This document shows positions 15,877 to 24,540 of a stretch of 35,558 bases of DNA, in pieces. Every line of letters begins with the position of its first letter. The stretch's first letter is position 1. Origin of the DNA: an uncultured Candidatus Saccharibacteria bacterium (GTDB lineage Bacteria > Patescibacteriota > Minisyncoccia > Phycocordibacterales > JAKFXT01); NCBI GenBank assembly GCA_964385825.1, contig CAYLPX010000003.1, positions 1 to 35,558 of the forward strand, given 5' to 3'. The notes below the pieces were generated by a model. The model did not search any database, was not told the origin of the DNA, and was given only the letters and a program-made list of their open reading frames with translations. The translations under genes and the position numbers were made by a program.

Positions 15877-16560
15877 CTAAAGAGCTTGTGCGCTCTTGTA
15901 ACTAGCGGTCACGATATACCGCTCTTCTTTGGCCCCAAAACTATCACAAGTTGAAAGTATGAGCTCGTGATCACGAGAAGCCACATTGATATACGCGAGA
16001 TCAGCGGTAGTGTGCACTACCTTTTCAACAACATAGGTATAGCTACGCTTGTTCCCATAGAGCACAACCGTATCCCCCTTCACCATGGAACGTAGCCCAT
16101 TAAAGGCTTTGTAGTTTTGATTGTGTACCACAGGCAAGAATGAGGAGTGGCCGAATATAAAGATATTCTGAGTACTCTCTAGGTCTCCCGAACCTGGATA
16201 TCGAACTGCCCCATAGAGTAGCGCATCGTCTAGCACTTTACCATCCCGACTCTCTGGGTTCAGAATCTTAGCATCAAGCCCTACTCGAGTAGAAACGATG
16301 CGCACTGGTTCGGTGTACTCCCCGGTACGATCAGTTGGTATACCTGATGTAGGTTCAGCCCCATTCATACTCACCCGATCGTCATGAACAAACAGTGAGA
16401 AAATCACGTTATTCACTTCACGGATGGAAAGTGGCACAGCATTGAAGCCAGCCGAAATCACAAAGAGCAAAACAAAGATAAAAAATGTTCGCTTCAAAAA
16501 GCGCGCCATTTTCTCGTCTTTATGTGCCTCGCTCGAGACTTTTTGCTCTGGTATCTCCAT
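15877..16560 (-). CDS. Sortase-family transpeptidase
   Basis: N-terminal TM (FFIFVLLFVISAGF), catalytic His context IFIFGHSSF, Cys motif LILSTC (TLxTC type) and a downstream Arg (EERYIV). Confidence 0.8.
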   Translation of the reverse strand: MEIPEQKVSSEAHKDEKMARFLKRTFFIFVLLFVISAGFNAVPLSIREVNNVIFSLFVHDDRVSMNGAEPTSGIPTDRTGEYTEPVRIVSTRVGLDAKILNPESRDGKVLDDALLYGAVRYPGSGDLESTQNIFIFGHSSFLPVVHNQNYKAFNGLRSMVKGDTVVLYGNKRSYTYVVEKVVHTTADLAYINVASRDHELILSTCDSFGAKEERYIVTASYKSAQAL

Positions 16561-16706
16561 AGCTTTTGCTTAAAAGTGTCAATGTAGGCAGAAATCCACC
16601 TCTTACTGACTAAAGCGTATGTTAGCATAAAAAAAGTACAGTGTCAATATTGGCGCTTTTTGCTAATTATGTCCTTGTTTTAGCCTATTGACAGCCATAG
16701 TTATAT

Positions 16707-17912
16707 ATGATATATACATATGGTAACTATATATTTTGTATGCAGACAACATTTCCACACAACCTGCCAACCGGCTCGGAAGATAAGCCAACTCTTAAGG
16801 AGAAGGCTCTTGCTCATGCCCCTATAGCGACCAAGGCACTCGCTTCTATTGGTCTTGCTGTCGTCCTTATACTCCTTCTTGTCCTTGGTGCTGTCACCGT
16901 GAAGTATGCTGGCGTTGCGCTAAAGAGCTCTTACTCTGCAGCGGTATCACTTTCCTCTAAAATATTTACCACATCCCCAATCACTACTTCGCCTACCACT
17001 ACCACCAAACCCGAATCAGCCGGTACAGTGAACTCTGGCGCTTCTTTCACCCTCTCATGGAACCACCTCAAGAAAACTGCTGCTGGTTCATACTCACTCT
17101 CCTACCCTTGCGTTGATAGCCTTTCTATTAAGGCCACAACTCCAGAGAACGGAACCGAGACCGTGTACTGCAACAAAGAATTCCTCTTCATTAACCACAA
17201 CAATGAGCTTGGACTTACTGTTCGCTCTGAGAAGTACCACTCAGTAGACCTCCCTATTACCATCCTCTTTACTAAGAATGGTGAGAAGACGGCTTCTGTT
17301 TCTGGAGTGATCTATGTCACTGTAGTGAACAATGCTATCGCTAGTTCAACCGACTCTACTGACACTAATAGCCAGAATGAAACTATCGTTGCGAGCGTGA
17401 GTACCACAACCACAACTAAACCAACCACCAATACAGGAAACAACACTGGTGGTACGACTATAAAAAATGGTGAACAGGCTGGTAACACTACCTCTAACAC
17501 CTACACCGGCGGTACTACAGTTGGTTCTGGTGTTAACAACCCGAATGGTAAGCCTGACCTACGTCCCGTTATTATGGAAACTGGTTACCTAGATAGTTCT
17601 AACGCGTTCGTACGTTCAGACACTCCTTCTCGCGCTAACCGTGTGGCAGTACGCTTCCGCATTGAAAACATTGGGGACAAGGTTTCAGGTCCATTCCGCT
17701 TTAATGCATACCTTCCTACCTATCCTTCGCAGACATTCAACTCTGAAGTGCAGCTCCCTATTTACCCAGGCGACCGCATTGAGTATGTACTCGGCTTTGA
17801 TCGCGCTATTAACGGTGTACAACAGTTCCACGTACAAGTAGATGGTGGTAACGATATTGTTGAGTCCAATGAGAATAACAACGACGGCTACGTAAACATC
17901 AACATTCAGTAA
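16707..17912 (+). CDS. Membrane-anchored Thr-rich surface protein with a C-terminal CARDB-like domain
   Basis: TM segment ALASIGLAVVLILLLVLGAV and T-rich linkers. The C-terminus DLRPV...RFRIENIGDKVSGPFRFNAYLP...ESNENNNDGYVNI resembles CARDB. The likely true start is the ATG at 16740 (MQTTFPH), downstream of TTGACA-17-TATATA at 16688-16716. Confidence 0.7.
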   Translation: MIYTYGNYIFCMQTTFPHNLPTGSEDKPTLKEKALAHAPIATKALASIGLAVVLILLLVLGAVTVKYAGVALKSSYSAAVSLSSKIFTTSPITTSPTTTTKPESAGTVNSGASFTLSWNHLKKTAAGSYSLSYPCVDSLSIKATTPENGTETVYCNKEFLFINHNNELGLTVRSEKYHSVDLPITILFTKNGEKTASVSGVIYVTVVNNAIASSTDSTDTNSQNETIVASVSTTTTTKPTTNTGNNTGGTTIKNGEQAGNTTSNTYTGGTTVGSGVNNPNGKPDLRPVIMETGYLDSSNAFVRSDTPSRANRVAVRFRIENIGDKVSGPFRFNAYLPTYPSQTFNSEVQLPIYPGDRIEYVLGFDRAINGVQQFHVQVDGGNDIVESNENNNDGYVNINIQ

Positions 17913-17933
17913 TTAAAACAAGACCTAAACAAC

Positions 17934-17971
17934 AAAACCCCCGAGCACTTCGTGCTCGGGGGTTTTGGTTT
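17934..17971. terminator. Bidirectional intrinsic terminator between convergent surface-protein genes
   Basis: AAAACCCCCGAGCAC-TTC-GTGCTCGGGGGTTTTGGTTTTT. It has the same architecture as the 12106-12153 terminator. Confidence 0.8.
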
Positions 17972-20305
17972 TTAGAAACAAGGATCTACTCGTACCGAAG
18001 CCAACTTCCTAAAATTAAAACTAGCAAAATTATGTGACAGACACGGGTTTTCTATCGCCCCCTGTGGACTTCCAAGAATAGTCACTCCCAGGTTTTCTGC
18101 AATGCTCCGCACATAATGCCCATCCGTTCCCCAGTTAGCACTTCCTCCCCCATCACCCATAGCTCCCAGCCGTGTCATGGTTGCAAAGTTTCTTGAAGCC
18201 CCGCCACACCAACCTTCGCACTCAGAGACAGTAGGTGTGCGGTCCAAAAGGATATCTTCCACCCCCTTGTGATATACAAGCTTCAAACCTTCTCCTCCAC
18301 TAAGTAAACCTGGACCGAAAGAAGTAATAAGATCAGCAGTAATACCAGGTACTGCATCGTCGCTATCTCTCTCAATAAGGTAGTACTGATGTGGGTCAAT
18401 CTGTGAAGCAAAGTTAATTAAAAGGGGGCTATCTTCAGAACTAAGTGTCACGTGCGAAAGGTCAATGCGAGTATTGGTATTATTGTAAAGCTCCAACCAT
18501 TGATTATTCTCTGATACACCTGTCCCAGGCCACGCCACTTCACTGATAACCACTGGCTGCTTTACGTATGTGACACCAACCGAACTTGAAGTCGCAATAT
18601 TGCCGCTATTGTCCATAGCCGTTCCTACTATTTCATGTTGTCCAATAGCTAATGCTAACTCAGCCTCAGTACTACTCCCAGAACCGAGGAGTACACCATC
18701 AACCCAAACACTGAAACTAGAAGTATCAGTGGCTACAGAAGAAAGAAGTAATGTTGTGGTACTTACCGGTAACACACAAGTATCATGCGCCAATGAATAT
18801 GCACAATCAGGAACCGAGATATTTATGTCAGGTGGAGTAATATCTACAGCTGGGGCATCATCAGTTGTAGTAGATACTTCTAATTCAACTGGCACTGCTT
18901 GAGATGCTGGAGCTAAACTTACACTATCTCCTCCCCCACCAAATCCAGGAAAAATTGTAATCGGTGCACTTGGCAAAGAATTAGTTTGAGCTTTACTTTG
19001 TATTTCCGGTTTAATAGTAAGAGTATTTTGCACTATTGATGCCGTGGTTTGTTGGGAATTGGAAGAAGTATTATCAATAAAGGCGAAGATGGGGCCAACG
19101 GCATTACTTGTCTTTTTTTGTGTAAACGTAACACTATTTACTCCAGCTTGTGCCATTTGTCCAGCTTCTTTTGTATTAAAACTGATAACACTACCTATAT
19201 TAAATATGCTCTGAGTAACGAATGCTAAAGTTTGTGAAGTTGTTTCTCTAATGTTTGCCACTGATTCCCAAATTCCTTTTTTTACATTAAAATCCCAGGT
19301 GTACTGAATCCAGTATTTTGGCTTTTCTAAAAAGGCAGCATCCGCAATTTTCTGCTCTCCAGCCGCTTTTCTCGCCTCCTCCTCTTTGACTAAAAACTCT
19401 TTTTCCTCGTATACTTTCTTCGCTTTCTCACCCTCTTCCTTAAACAAACTTATAACCCCTGCCCCCGTCGGAATTATCTGCCTCGACAACCGATCAAAAT
19501 ATTCTGATAAAACAGAATCGTCATTCTGATTTAAAAGTAATCTAGTATAAATCCCATCTTTATCTTTACGAAGGATATATAACTTTGCCTTCTTTCCAGT
19601 AATAGTGTCGACTCCGTAGGCATAGTCATCTATGGTTTCCCCTACCTCTGGTAATCTATAAACAAAAATTGTTTGTTTAATAGTATCCTTACTAAAAAAG
19701 GAATTATTAGAATATTTTGCCAGAAAATCAAAATATTCTCCCAAACTTTCAAATCTCTTTTCTTTCTCCCCTTCACTATAATACTGATACCCGAGCCCTG
19801 ACATAGTTTGCCTATCTTTATGTTGCATTGCCCAATACTCGTAAGGACTTTGTTCCCAACTTAGAAATGGAGGGTGTGGATCATTCCTTGTATGATCTGG
19901 GACTCCCATATCTTCTATGAGGTGTAGCACATGGCCTAATATTAAATAAGCTTCCTCAGTATCCCCCCTAGCATAAGCTTCTATTGCCTGTTTCCAAGAA
20001 AAGGAGTTCGCTACAACCTCTCCGCTCACCCATTCCTTAGCAGTCCTATAGCCTTGTAAACCTATCCCCCGAACAGGGTCGTAGAAATGGTTTAATACTC
20101 GACTCTCTGGTTTATAATCCTCGTCTATCGATCCCTGTACTATTTTTTCCTTTTCTATATCAGTTATCTTGTCACCATGTGAATAATTATAAAAAGAAAC
20201 TATTTCTTGCGAGAACCCGGCATGAGTAGTAGGGGCATCATATGCAAAACTTAAAACGGGAGTGAAAAATAGAATTGTGATTAAAGTTCTAAAGAACTTT
20301 TTCAT
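17972..20305 (-). CDS. Secreted zinc-dependent phospholipase C-like protein with a C-terminal lamin-tail (LTD) domain
   Basis: Signal peptide MKKFFRTLITILFFTPVLSFA; the start at 20305 lies 2 nt after the upstream stop. Zn-PLC motifs NHFYDP and LGHVLHLIEDMGVPDH match the SHFYDP / LHYLGDVNQPMH pattern of Bacillus PC-PLC. LTD-like segment VVISEVAWPGTG...NQWLELYNNTN. Confidence 0.7.
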   Translation of the reverse strand: MKKFFRTLITILFFTPVLSFAYDAPTTHAGFSQEIVSFYNYSHGDKITDIEKEKIVQGSIDEDYKPESRVLNHFYDPVRGIGLQGYRTAKEWVSGEVVANSFSWKQAIEAYARGDTEEAYLILGHVLHLIEDMGVPDHTRNDPHPPFLSWEQSPYEYWAMQHKDRQTMSGLGYQYYSEGEKEKRFESLGEYFDFLAKYSNNSFFSKDTIKQTIFVYRLPEVGETIDDYAYGVDTITGKKAKLYILRKDKDGIYTRLLLNQNDDSVLSEYFDRLSRQIIPTGAGVISLFKEEGEKAKKVYEEKEFLVKEEEARKAAGEQKIADAAFLEKPKYWIQYTWDFNVKKGIWESVANIRETTSQTLAFVTQSIFNIGSVISFNTKEAGQMAQAGVNSVTFTQKKTSNAVGPIFAFIDNTSSNSQQTTASIVQNTLTIKPEIQSKAQTNSLPSAPITIFPGFGGGGDSVSLAPASQAVPVELEVSTTTDDAPAVDITPPDINISVPDCAYSLAHDTCVLPVSTTTLLLSSVATDTSSFSVWVDGVLLGSGSSTEAELALAIGQHEIVGTAMDNSGNIATSSSVGVTYVKQPVVISEVAWPGTGVSENNQWLELYNNTNTRIDLSHVTLSSEDSPLLINFASQIDPHQYYLIERDSDDAVPGITADLITSFGPGLLSGGEGLKLVYHKGVEDILLDRTPTVSECEGWCGGASRNFATMTRLGAMGDGGGSANWGTDGHYVRSIAENLGVTILGSPQGAIENPCLSHNFASFNFRKLASVRVDPCF

Positions 20306-20307
20306 AA

Positions 20308-20907
20308 TTAATGATAAATAATTTTCCAAATTTTGGTAAAATCGTTTTGCCTTAAGTCAATACCTTCTACCACATCACCTCCTTTTGGGACAATTAATTT
20401 ATCCTCTGTTCCTTTTATAATAGATACGGTCTCTACGGGATTTAAGTATCTATATTCAAATGTGCAACCAAAATCTCCACAGTACTTTTTCCCCTTATTC
20501 TTTACATCTTCAGTATAAGTAATACTTAGATTCAAATTACCTTGTTTTGCCTTTTCATTCTTTAAATCCTTGAGGGCCTCAGCTTGATCATCTATAAGAT
20601 AGTACTTGCTAGCCTTAGTAACATCCCCAGCCCTAAGAGCTGTAAGATATAAATCAAGGGTTTCTTCGGGAGTTTTTCCGCCATCAAAATCCTTTTTTAG
20701 CAACGAATCATGCCTAGCTTCAGCACGTTTCCATTTCCACATCTGGTACTGATCCTTCTTATTAGTGAGCCAAATATCTACATCATCAGAAATATAAGAA
20801 AAAATAGCCATCGTTGCAAAGAGGCTAATAACAAAAAGTAAGAGCCAGGTAATCAGTTTCAAAAACAATCTTTTTGGCTTTGGAGCCCCCTCCCCTTCAG
20901 TATTCAT
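20308..20907 (-). CDS. Small single-pass membrane protein, unknown function
   Basis: MNTEGEGAPKPKRLFLKLITWLLLFVISLFATMAIFSYI followed by a soluble domain. I chose the start at 20907 because a TACAAT box (20919-20924, minus strand) lies 11 nt upstream; the ORF-track start is 20982. Confidence 0.55.
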   Translation of the reverse strand: MNTEGEGAPKPKRLFLKLITWLLLFVISLFATMAIFSYISDDVDIWLTNKKDQYQMWKWKRAEARHDSLLKKDFDGGKTPEETLDLYLTALRAGDVTKASKYYLIDDQAEALKDLKNEKAKQGNLNLSITYTEDVKNKGKKYCGDFGCTFEYRYLNPVETVSIIKGTEDKLIVPKGGDVVEGIDLRQNDFTKIWKIIYH

Positions 20908-20996
20908 ATATAGGCTAAATTGTACCACCCTACTAACCCTTGCCAACCCCATGTGGTTACTAAACCCCTCCCCACCCCACATACATCCTCACCTCT

Positions 20997-21042
20997 TATC
21001 GTGACGTCTATTTACGCTATAGCGTGAATAGACGTCACGATA
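20997..21042. promoter_or_regulatory. 46-bp near-perfect palindrome; candidate operator abutting the -10 box of the regulator gene
   Basis: TATCGTGACGTCTATTTACGCTA|TAGCGTGAATAGACGTCACGATA: 23-bp arms, no spacer and one mismatch (21013/21026). TACAAT at 21043-21048 follows directly, and the ATG is at 21056. Confidence 0.65.
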
Positions 21043-21055
21043 TACAATAATCTAC

Positions 21056-21607
21056 ATGGCACAAAAACATGCAGAACTTAAAAGAAAAATTATCTTACTG
21101 CTCTTGGCGGGTGTGGCCCTTGGTATTAACCGTTCTTCAAAACGCTATTTCATGATTTTAAAAGAACTTGGCAGGGAGTGGCGTAACGCTGACGAGAAAC
21201 GAATCTTAAGAGCTATCCGCGAACTCCATAATACCAACCTTATTAGCTATCGAGATAACAAGGATGGTACGACTACTGTTTTGCTGAGCAAACAAGGAAA
21301 AAAGGTCGCCCTAACCTATAACTTTGAAAACATAGTTCTTAAAAAAGAGAAAAAATGGGATAAGGAGTGGAGAGTGGTACTATTCGATATTCCTGAAAAA
21401 TTTAAAAAAGCTAGGGACGCTCTTCGCTTCCATTTGAAACGCATGGAGTTTTATGAGTATCAAAAATCAGTGTTTGTAACACCTTATAACTGTCTCAATG
21501 AAATTGAATACTTACGAGAGTTTTATCATATCAAACCATATATAAGAATAATTACCGCAAAAAGACTTGATAATGAGGTGGAGCTTAAGCGACACTTTGG
21601 TCTATAA
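21056..21607 (+). CDS. PaaX-like / Cas2-fold winged-helix regulator of the type common in CPR genomes
   Basis: The N-terminal region is wHTH-like (ILRAIRELHNTNLISYRDNKDGTTTVLLSKQGK). The C-terminus WDKEWRVVLFDIPEKFKKARDALRFHLKRMEFYEYQKSVFVTPY shows the beta-alpha-beta pattern of the Cas2/PaaX_C-like fold. Confidence 0.65.
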   Translation: MAQKHAELKRKIILLLLAGVALGINRSSKRYFMILKELGREWRNADEKRILRAIRELHNTNLISYRDNKDGTTTVLLSKQGKKVALTYNFENIVLKKEKKWDKEWRVVLFDIPEKFKKARDALRFHLKRMEFYEYQKSVFVTPYNCLNEIEYLREFYHIKPYIRIITAKRLDNEVELKRHFGL

Positions 21608-21628
21608 GCCACCAGTTATTTTTCCACA

Positions 21629-21656
21629 TTTGTACATCAAGGAAGATTGGTATAAT
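21629..21656 (+). promoter_or_regulatory. Promoter driving cassette D ORF1
   Basis: TTGTAC (or TTTGTA), 15-16 nt spacer, then consensus TATAAT at 21651-21656. Confidence 0.5.
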
Positions 21657-21686
21657 CAAAGGAGCACAAACTCTCGGAGAAACTCC

Positions 21687-21860
21687 ATGACCAGTTCCTT
21701 GCCGGATCCAGCGACATGGCCTAATGAACGTCTCATCACCTTCCTTGCAGGAAGTGATGAGGGGTCGCAAGATCCCCGCCTCCGCAAAGCCGCAATGGCT
21801 GTTGCGGAATCGCGAGGATTGGGGCCTTCGCTTGATGCACACATGCTCGACCTCAACTGA
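21687..21860 (+). CDS. Orphan small acidic protein (57 aa), high-GC cassette D ORF1
   Basis: GGAGA SD 6 nt upstream of the ATG at 21687. The ORF-track N-terminus from 21567 overlaps the regulator gene and is unlikely to be real. A terminator follows. Line 21841-21900 counts 67% GC. Confidence 0.45.
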   Translation: MTSSLPDPATWPNERLITFLAGSDEGSQDPRLRKAAMAVAESRGLGPSLDAHMLDLN

Positions 21861-21880
21861 GCGTAGCCTCTTTCCTAGCC

Positions 21881-21905
21881 GCCGCGGACCCCCGCGGCCT
21901 TTTTC
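21881..21905 (+). terminator. Intrinsic terminator after cassette D ORF1
   Basis: Stem GCCGCGG/CCGCGGC, loop ACCC, then CTTTTTC. Confidence 0.65.
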
Positions 21906-21989
21906 ATATCTTAGTGTGGATAAGTTGTCTTCACAAAAAATTACAAATACTGCATAGTATTAATCTTCTGTATCCCGTGGGGGGAATGT

Positions 21990-22235
21990 ATGCCGACGCT
22001 GGCAGATGTAACGAGATTTCGCATCAAAGCCCTCAAACCACTCTATGAGAAGGTTGAGGCTGAAGGTCAAGAAGTTCGGGCTGCTGGCAAATGGATAAGG
22101 CAAGACACCGATCTTCAGTTCGCACCACGCAGCATGGAATTCCTAACGATGGGCATCATGACCCATTGCGGATACCCACACACAATCAATGGGGTTACGT
22201 ATTACATCCTCGTACGCGACCTTGAGAGAGTCTGA
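21990..22235 (+). CDS. Orphan small protein (81 aa), high-GC cassette D ORF2
   Basis: G-rich SD-like GGGGGGA 4 nt upstream of the ATG. Two hairpins follow, the second a strong terminator. I recognise no family. Confidence 0.5.
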   Translation: MPTLADVTRFRIKALKPLYEKVEAEGQEVRAAGKWIRQDTDLQFAPRSMEFLTMGIMTHCGYPHTINGVTYYILVRDLERV

Positions 22236-22251
22236 CCCCGAGAGGGTCAGC

Positions 22252-22283
22252 AAAAACCGGCGATCGAATCGCCGGTCTTTTTT
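22252..22283. terminator. Bidirectional terminator shared by cassette D ORF2 and gyrB
   Basis: AAAAACCGGCGAT-CGA-ATCGCCGGTCTTTTTT. The T-run overlaps the gyrB stop codon. Confidence 0.75.
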
Positions 22284-24345
22284 ATATATCGAGCTGTGCC
22301 TTAGTCGCATTGCTTTGGATAAAGCTTTTACGACTCGGTACGTCAGTTCCCATCAAGACATCAAACACCTTATCCGCCTCTTGCGCATCTTCTATTTTCA
22401 CCTGCTTTAAAATACGACGCTTAGGATCCATGGTTGTCTCCCACAATTCCTCGGGGTTCATTTCTCCAAGTCCTTTGTAGCGAGCTACCGTAACTTTAGC
22501 AACACGCTTTGCTTTGGTATCCTCAGGCGCCTCTTCTTCATTTTCCTCTCCCTCAATCTCAACTATCATCTCAGCTATTTCTGGAGCGTCCTTCCCTACT
22601 ATCTTTTTCATCTCCTCCTCGCTGTAAGCGTAATTGACCTCCTTACCGCGTTTAATTTTAAAAAGTGGTGGCTGAGCAATATAGATAAACCCACCATCCA
22701 AGAGCGGTCTGAAGTGTCTGTAAAACAAGGTTAGAATAAGCGTACGGATATGTTCTCCATCAACATCCGCATCAGTTGCAATGATGATTTTGTGATAGCG
22801 CAACTTATCTAGGTTAAAAGTGTCACCAATCAAAGTTCCGAGCGCCAAGACCAGTGAACGGATTTCAACAGATGCCAGCATTTTATCAAGTCGTGCGCGT
22901 TCTACGTTCAAAATCTTACCTTTGAGCGGCAATATAGCTTGTGTCTTGCGATCGCGCCCCTGTTTGCTAGAACCGCCAGCAGAATCTCCCTCTACTATGA
23001 AAAGTTCGGCATCCTCGGCTGAAGTGTTCCCGGCACAATCAGCAAGTTTTCCTGGTAGATTAAAACCTTCAAGGGCCCCCTTACGAAGCACACTATCCTT
23101 CGCAGCCTTTGCAGCCTTGCGTGCGCGAAGAGCCAAAATACCTTTGTTGATAATCTCCCGAGCATCATCAGGGTTCTCCTCCAAAAAGGCACTGAATGCA
23201 TCTGAGAAAACAGTCGAAACTGCAGGCTGCGCTTCAAGCGTGGTGAGCTTGCTCTTAGTTTGACTACTAAACTGTACTTCACGCATCTTCACTGAAATGA
23301 TAGCAGTGAGTCCCTCAAGCACATCTTCACCAGTTAAATTCTCATCTTTTTCTTTAAGAACATTATTCTTGCGAGCATAGGTATTAATGATACGAGTAAG
23401 CGAAAGCTTGAACCCGGCCACATGTGTACCACCTTCACTGTTTACAATATTGTTCGCGAAAGCAATAACTCTCGTAGTGATGTCATCGATGTATTGCATG
23501 GCGATTTCCACCTGCACTCCATCATGCTCTTTTTCGATATAGAAAATATTGCGATGAATCGGTTTTGAAAACTCATTATAGTGTTTGAGTAATGACTTAA
23601 GCCCACCTTCAAAAAAGAAAGAAGAGGTTGGTACTTCATACCCAAGATCAGAAAAATAGACTTTGTTATCAAGATCTAACTTGGTACACTCACGCGCATC
23701 AATGGTACGGATAAGCACACTACGCACAAGGTAGGCTTGCTGACGAAGATGACCGACAATTTTTTCAAAATTAAATTCAGTCGTTTCCTTGAAGATTTCC
23801 TTATCTGGCTTAAACGTTGTGATGGTTCCCGTGAACTTAGTTTTACCAACCTGCTTCACTCGGGCTTTGGCCTTACCCTGAGAATACTCCTGCATGTACA
23901 CTAAGCCATCGCGATGTACTTCTACTTTCATATAAATAGAGAGAGCGTTCACTACAGATGCTCCCACACCATGAAGACCGCCCGAAACGTTGTACCCTTC
24001 CCCTCCGAATTTTCCACCAGCATGGAGGGTGGTCATGATAGTTTCAAGTGCTGAAACTTTTGTTTTAGCATGAACATCAACTGGAATACCACGACCATTA
24101 TCAACCACTCGAATATAATTATCAGGCAAAATGGTAACTTCAATGCGATCAGCATATCCATTCATCGCCTCATCACGTGAGTTATCAAAAATTTCCCAAA
24201 TGAGGTGATGGAGTCCACGCTCATCTACTTCCCCGATATACATCCCCGGGCGCTTACGCACAGGTTCTAGCCCCTCAAGCACAGTGATATCCTGCGCGTT
24301 ATATTCGTGAGCTACCTTTTTCTTTGCTTCTTCTTTTTTGGCCAT
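22282..24345 (-). CDS. gyrB: DNA gyrase subunit B
   Basis: GHKL ATPase motifs (VDNGRGIPV, GGLHGVGASVVNALS), TOPRIM (ELFIVEGDSAGGS, IIIATDADVDGEHI) and YKGLGEMN. Confidence 0.95.
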   Translation of the reverse strand: MAKKEEAKKKVAHEYNAQDITVLEGLEPVRKRPGMYIGEVDERGLHHLIWEIFDNSRDEAMNGYADRIEVTILPDNYIRVVDNGRGIPVDVHAKTKVSALETIMTTLHAGGKFGGEGYNVSGGLHGVGASVVNALSIYMKVEVHRDGLVYMQEYSQGKAKARVKQVGKTKFTGTITTFKPDKEIFKETTEFNFEKIVGHLRQQAYLVRSVLIRTIDARECTKLDLDNKVYFSDLGYEVPTSSFFFEGGLKSLLKHYNEFSKPIHRNIFYIEKEHDGVQVEIAMQYIDDITTRVIAFANNIVNSEGGTHVAGFKLSLTRIINTYARKNNVLKEKDENLTGEDVLEGLTAIISVKMREVQFSSQTKSKLTTLEAQPAVSTVFSDAFSAFLEENPDDAREIINKGILALRARKAAKAAKDSVLRKGALEGFNLPGKLADCAGNTSAEDAELFIVEGDSAGGSSKQGRDRKTQAILPLKGKILNVERARLDKMLASVEIRSLVLALGTLIGDTFNLDKLRYHKIIIATDADVDGEHIRTLILTLFYRHFRPLLDGGFIYIAQPPLFKIKRGKEVNYAYSEEEMKKIVGKDAPEIAEMIVEIEGEENEEEAPEDTKAKRVAKVTVARYKGLGEMNPEELWETTMDPKRRILKQVKIEDAQEADKVFDVLMGTDVPSRKSFIQSNATKAQLDI

Positions 24346-24540
24346 GCTGTTAGTTTGTAAGGTAGTTTTGTAAACAAAAAATACCTCCTTAGGTCACCCT
24401 ATTATAGCAAAATTAGAGCTAGAAAGAAAGCTAAAAAAGCCTTATCTTACATAGCTAAAACTTGCTTTTTAAGGTATTTATGGGATAGTTGTAGTCAGTG
24501 TAGTTCCCCTTTAACCCTTTCCCTTTTGGGAGGAGGTTGT

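Noticed and set aside
21914-21922. A perfect DnaA box (TGTGGATAA, complement of TTATCCACA) near gyrB, plus 8/9 matches at 1583-1591 and about 4167-4175, as a possible oriC
   Set aside because: It is a single perfect 9-mer, and roughly 0.3 are expected by chance in this window on both strands. There is no cluster, no adjacent AT-rich unwinding element, and no dnaA or dnaN in the window.
24346-24420. An AAGGAGG sequence in the gyrB upstream region as its SD
   Set aside because: It lies about 44 nt upstream of the gyrB ATG, too far to act as an SD. It sits just downstream of an extended -10 (TGCTATAAT), so it is probably part of a roughly 60-nt 5' UTR of unknown role.
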